A stretch of DNA of 62,735 bases, the filler included, from Candidatus Tectimicrobiota bacterium (GTDB lineage Bacteria; JACPSX01), in the NCBI GenBank assembly GCA_016193065.1. It is 6 parts of 6 records of this genome, joined end to end, with 100 filler letters (N's around TTAATTAATTAA, not from the genome) between each part and the next. Parts side by side here need not be neighbours in the genome. Positions count along the whole stretch, not along the records: positions 59,727 to 62,735 come from JACPSX010000132.1; 5 more parts are not named here. One strand, written 5' to 3'. This document shows, piece by piece, positions 59,924 to 62,735 of the stretch. Below the pieces are notes generated by a model. It saw only the letters and a program-made list of their open reading frames with translations, was not told the DNA's origin and did no database searches. The position numbers and the translations under genes were made by a program. Numbering within the stretch: position 1 is the first letter of the stretch; each line of letters starts with the position of its first letter.

Positions 59924-61383
59924 GGGTTCTGCCTCCCGCTTTCTAGCTTCAAGACCGCCAACCCCGCCTCGGTCGTCCGGTACCGCTGCAGCCGGCTTCG
60001 CGGTTTGTCGGGGATGGTGCGTTCCAACCAGCCGCCAACCAACATCGGCTCAAGGTATGCCTTGCGAAAATGTTCCCTGTCCTTGATGCCGCTGGCTTCC
60101 TGCAACTCTTCCCGCGTTTTTGACTCCGAGCGGGCCGCTGTCAGTGCTGCAACGACTTGCGGGGTGACTTGCGGGGTGACTTGCGGGGTGACTTGCGGGG
60201 TGACTCCGCCGGGGACGATCTCCGCCCGGAAGGTGACTACCAGAAACCCCTGCTTCTCCGAGGCCCGGCAGGCCTCAATCACCCGATTCGTTCCCCGCCC
60301 CCAAATCTCGACGGCGCCCGTGCGATGCAAGGTCGCCGCGATGAGGAGGTTCCGGAGCTTGGACAGGTGGGCGCGGGACAGCATCGCGGGCGTGAGACCG
60401 GTTGGCAAGCGGCCATAGCTGCGAATCTCGACCCGGTCGTCGAAAACGGCGATGGCGACGTAGCCGCCCGGATCGGAGTAATCCCGGTGCATAACGGCAT
60501 TAAGCAGAATCTCCCGGAGCGCTTCCGGAGGGATCGGAAACCGATCCTCCCGGAAAATCTTACCCTTGGGAAAGCGGGCACCGAGCGGCAGCGTGCGCTC
60601 CAGAAACGCCATACCCTCCCGCACCATGGCGAAGGCGTTCAGGTATTCCTGCCGATTATCCACGATCTCCCCGGTGACCTCGGTTCCTCGAAAGCGACCC
60701 ATCTTAAGCATGCACTGCGGATAATCCGGCAGGAAACGCTTGCCGTAGAGCACCTGGGCCGCCTGGGTCAACGCGCTGTCCTGCCGAAGGCCCAGCCGAT
60801 CGAGGACGTCCTCCACCTTGCGGCTTGTTCCCGCGGAGATTCGTCCTTGCTGAATCGCAAGCTCGCGGGTTTGGAGGATCTCCTCGCGATCCATGTCCTT
60901 GATCCGCACGCCGACCGCCGGCTGGTTCTCCCATCGTCTTCGGGCGTGCGCGCGCTCGAGCAGGAGCTTTTCATATCTTTCCTGCGACATCCTCCGCGTC
61001 GTGCTGCCAGCCCGCTCGTAGGGACGCCCCTCAAAAGTGAAGGGGACCGAGTCCGATGTGCCGTCCACGGCGAGGACAAGAACCTCCCTCTCCCTGCCGG
61101 AACCGATGCGCTGCACGGAAACATGGACCGGAGGCTCGAAGCGACTCAGGGCCTGTGCGATCTCGCGTACCGTCTTGTCGGAGACGGATTGTCCTTCGAT
61201 CGCGCCGTCCGCCCGGACGCCGAAAAGCACGACGCCGCCGGAACCGTTAAGGAAGGCACATAGCGTCCGCATGGCCTCCCTCATCTCTCCCGTCGAGCGC
61301 TTGAACTCTAGCGTGGCTCCTTCGCCCTGTTTGACGAGCGCTCGGAGCTCTTTCACGTTAGCAGGGATTTCGGCGGCCGTCAT
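59920..61383 (-). CDS. AlbA_2/Schlafen-like + HATPase_c_4 + wHTH protein
   Basis: GEGATLEFK, CAFLNGSGG, REILLNAVMHRDY, C-terminal PDKPRSRLQRY; ATG 61383 overlaps the upstream stop. Confidence 0.88.
   Translation of the reverse strand: MTAAEIPANVKELRALVKQGEGATLEFKRSTGEMREAMRTLCAFLNGSGGVVLFGVRADGAIEGQSVSDKTVREIAQALSRFEPPVHVSVQRIGSGREREVLVLAVDGTSDSVPFTFEGRPYERAGSTTRRMSQERYEKLLLERAHARRRWENQPAVGVRIKDMDREEILQTRELAIQQGRISAGTSRKVEDVLDRLGLRQDSALTQAAQVLYGKRFLPDYPQCMLKMGRFRGTEVTGEIVDNRQEYLNAFAMVREGMAFLERTLPLGARFPKGKIFREDRFPIPPEALREILLNAVMHRDYSDPGGYVAIAVFDDRVEIRSYGRLPTGLTPAMLSRAHLSKLRNLLIAATLHRTGAVEIWGRGTNRVIEACRASEKQGFLVVTFRAEIVPGGVTPQVTPQVTPQVTPQVVAALTAARSESKTREELQEASGIKDREHFRKAYLEPMLVGGWLERTIPDKPRSRLQRYRTTEAGLAVLKLESGRQNP
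60154..60205. repeat. 12-bp coding tandem repeat x4 (VTPQ)
   Basis: GACTTGCGGGGT x4 + GACT. Confidence 0.95.
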
Positions 61384-62735
61384 GTGCGTCTTTCTCCATA
61401 GGGCGGAGAGCCCTCCCGCACCTGCATCGGTCTCGTCAGGGCATCCACCGACAGGTAGTAGTGGGCCACCTTGGTCACCTCGTGCCACTCGAACCGCGCC
61501 GGGTCCTTGATCGGCTCCTGAAGCTGGGGCTTGTCATTGCAGTTGGTGACGACGTAGAGCCAGTAGCAATCGCGCCGGTCCTCGGCCACCCGGCGCTCGT
61601 TGGGAGTGAGCAGAATCGTGCCGCTGGCTTCGCCGAGCCCTTTCACTTCGACGAGACGAAGCTCGCCGGAGTTCAGATCCAGGCTGGTGACATCGTAGCC
61701 CAGGTTCTTCTCGTGAACGTCATAGACCTGGCGGCCCTGGGAACGCTCGTAGTCCATCACGACCTGCATGGCGGTGATCTCAGTCTCCAGGTTGGGCTGC
61801 AACCGTCGCACCTCGGGCGTTTCCCGCTCGGGATGGGGGAGTACGAGAACGCTGGCGATGCGTTCGACCGCTTGGAGGGACAGGGATCTCTGCTGTTCGA
61901 GCTCTGTTCTCCGGCGCTCGCGGCGGCTCAGTAGTTCCGCATGACGGGTCTCGGCCTGGGCCAGCCGACCTTCAGAGCCGGACACCTTAAGCTCGACCTC
62001 CTCCGCTGCCCGGCCGACTTCTTCGTCTGCTCGCTGGAGAAGTTCTGTAAGTGACAGTTCCACATGGGCTGCGACACACTCGATTTCATTCAAGCGGTCC
62101 TTGCGCGTCTCTTCCAGAAAGGGGGTCAGGGCGTGCTCGTTGAGCCACGCCATTGCTTCCGGAAACCCTGCGACAGAAGGCAGAATACCAGGAGCTTGAG
62201 CAGGCGTGAAATTTCCAAGCAAGCTTGGCTCTCCCAGCATGGGCGCTCCATCGGCTGACAGCTCGACCGCGAACAACCGCTCGTGGATTATCTGGCCGAG
62301 CCCATCGACAATCCGTGCCCGGTAGAAGTCGATTCGCGCGGGCTCCTGGTGCTGGAGGGAGTAGAATGCGGCACCCTTGCCGAACACGTCCAGTGCCTGG
62401 GCGTAGGTGTGCCGGCGAATGGCCTCGAAAAGAGGGTGGCCCGGTGTGACCCACTCGAGGTTGTTCGTTTCTGCCGTCTCGCGGTCTGTAGAACAACGGG
62501 GATACCTCACCGCCAGCGCCGGAAGCTTCCAATCCGAATCTTGCTCGTAGCGGCGCAGAATTGCGGGAGTTCGTGCCGGCTCGAAGGTGTGAGGGAGATT
62601 AGCAAAGGTCTTGAGGGTCAGCGGAACGAATGCGGCGGCCTCTCGGATGAATCGCGCGATGGTCTCGGGAACGAGACGTTTTTCTTGGGCCTGGGCTCGC
62701 CGCTCGATCAACATATCCAGGTTGAGCTTCTTGGA
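61380..62735 (-). CDS. C-terminal part of an SNF2-type helicase with DUF3883 (PD-(D/E)xK) nuclease domain
   Basis: PGHPLF, coiled coil, GYDVTS...LVEVKG, LTPNE, YWLYVV; the helicase core is inferred and lies outside the window. Confidence 0.8.
   Translation of the reverse strand, partial: SKKLNLDMLIERRAQAQEKRLVPETIARFIREAAAFVPLTLKTFANLPHTFEPARTPAILRRYEQDSDWKLPALAVRYPRCSTDRETAETNNLEWVTPGHPLFEAIRRHTYAQALDVFGKGAAFYSLQHQEPARIDFYRARIVDGLGQIIHERLFAVELSADGAPMLGEPSLLGNFTPAQAPGILPSVAGFPEAMAWLNEHALTPFLEETRKDRLNEIECVAAHVELSLTELLQRADEEVGRAAEEVELKVSGSEGRLAQAETRHAELLSRRERRRTELEQQRSLSLQAVERIASVLVLPHPERETPEVRRLQPNLETEITAMQVVMDYERSQGRQVYDVHEKNLGYDVTSLDLNSGELRLVEVKGLGEASGTILLTPNERRVAEDRRDCYWLYVVTNCNDKPQLQEPIKDPARFEWHEVTKVAHYYLSVDALTRPMQVREGSPPYGERRT

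Overview
GC-rich bacterial sequence from a diderm (TolC, ExbBD present), apparently a draft or metagenome-assembled genome. Six contigs are joined by artificial 100-nt N/TTAATTAATTAA/N linkers, and there is one 50-N gap, so gene order across linkers is meaningless. Contig 1: housekeeping genes, a Crp regulator divergent from two tandem QueG/reductive-dehalogenase-like Fe-S proteins, tRNA-Leu(CAA), a hemD-hemE fusion with hemH and hemY, adenine deaminase, an M48 peptidase and exbBD. Contig 2: a ~350-nt highly base-paired element, then IclR, MoaD, a Mo-bisPGD oxidoreductase with Fe-S subunit, a solute-binding protein, an amidohydrolase-Rieske pair, a small accessory islet, ParB-like, yqeC, a secreted repeat protein, and an acetone/acetophenone-carboxylase-like + CoA-ligase + MFS cluster. 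Contig 3: acs, a DMT transporter, a small HMA protein with an in-frame TGA in its CxxC motif (candidate selenoprotein missed by the ORF track), a Liv ABC operon, an RND efflux system and toxin-antitoxin (TA) remnants. Contig 4: a mosaic of duplicated gene ends with a TA pair. Contig 5: suhB, DUF1285, GGDEF and dtd. Contig 6: a DUF3883 helicase tail plus an AlbA_2/Schlafen-like gene, probably from a defence island. Best leads: the UGA-recoded HMA protein, the tandem B12/Fe-S reductase-like pair, the amidohydrolase-Rieske putative dimetal oxygenase and the structured element at 17.1-17.4 kb. All family calls are from motif recognition by eye; no searches were run.
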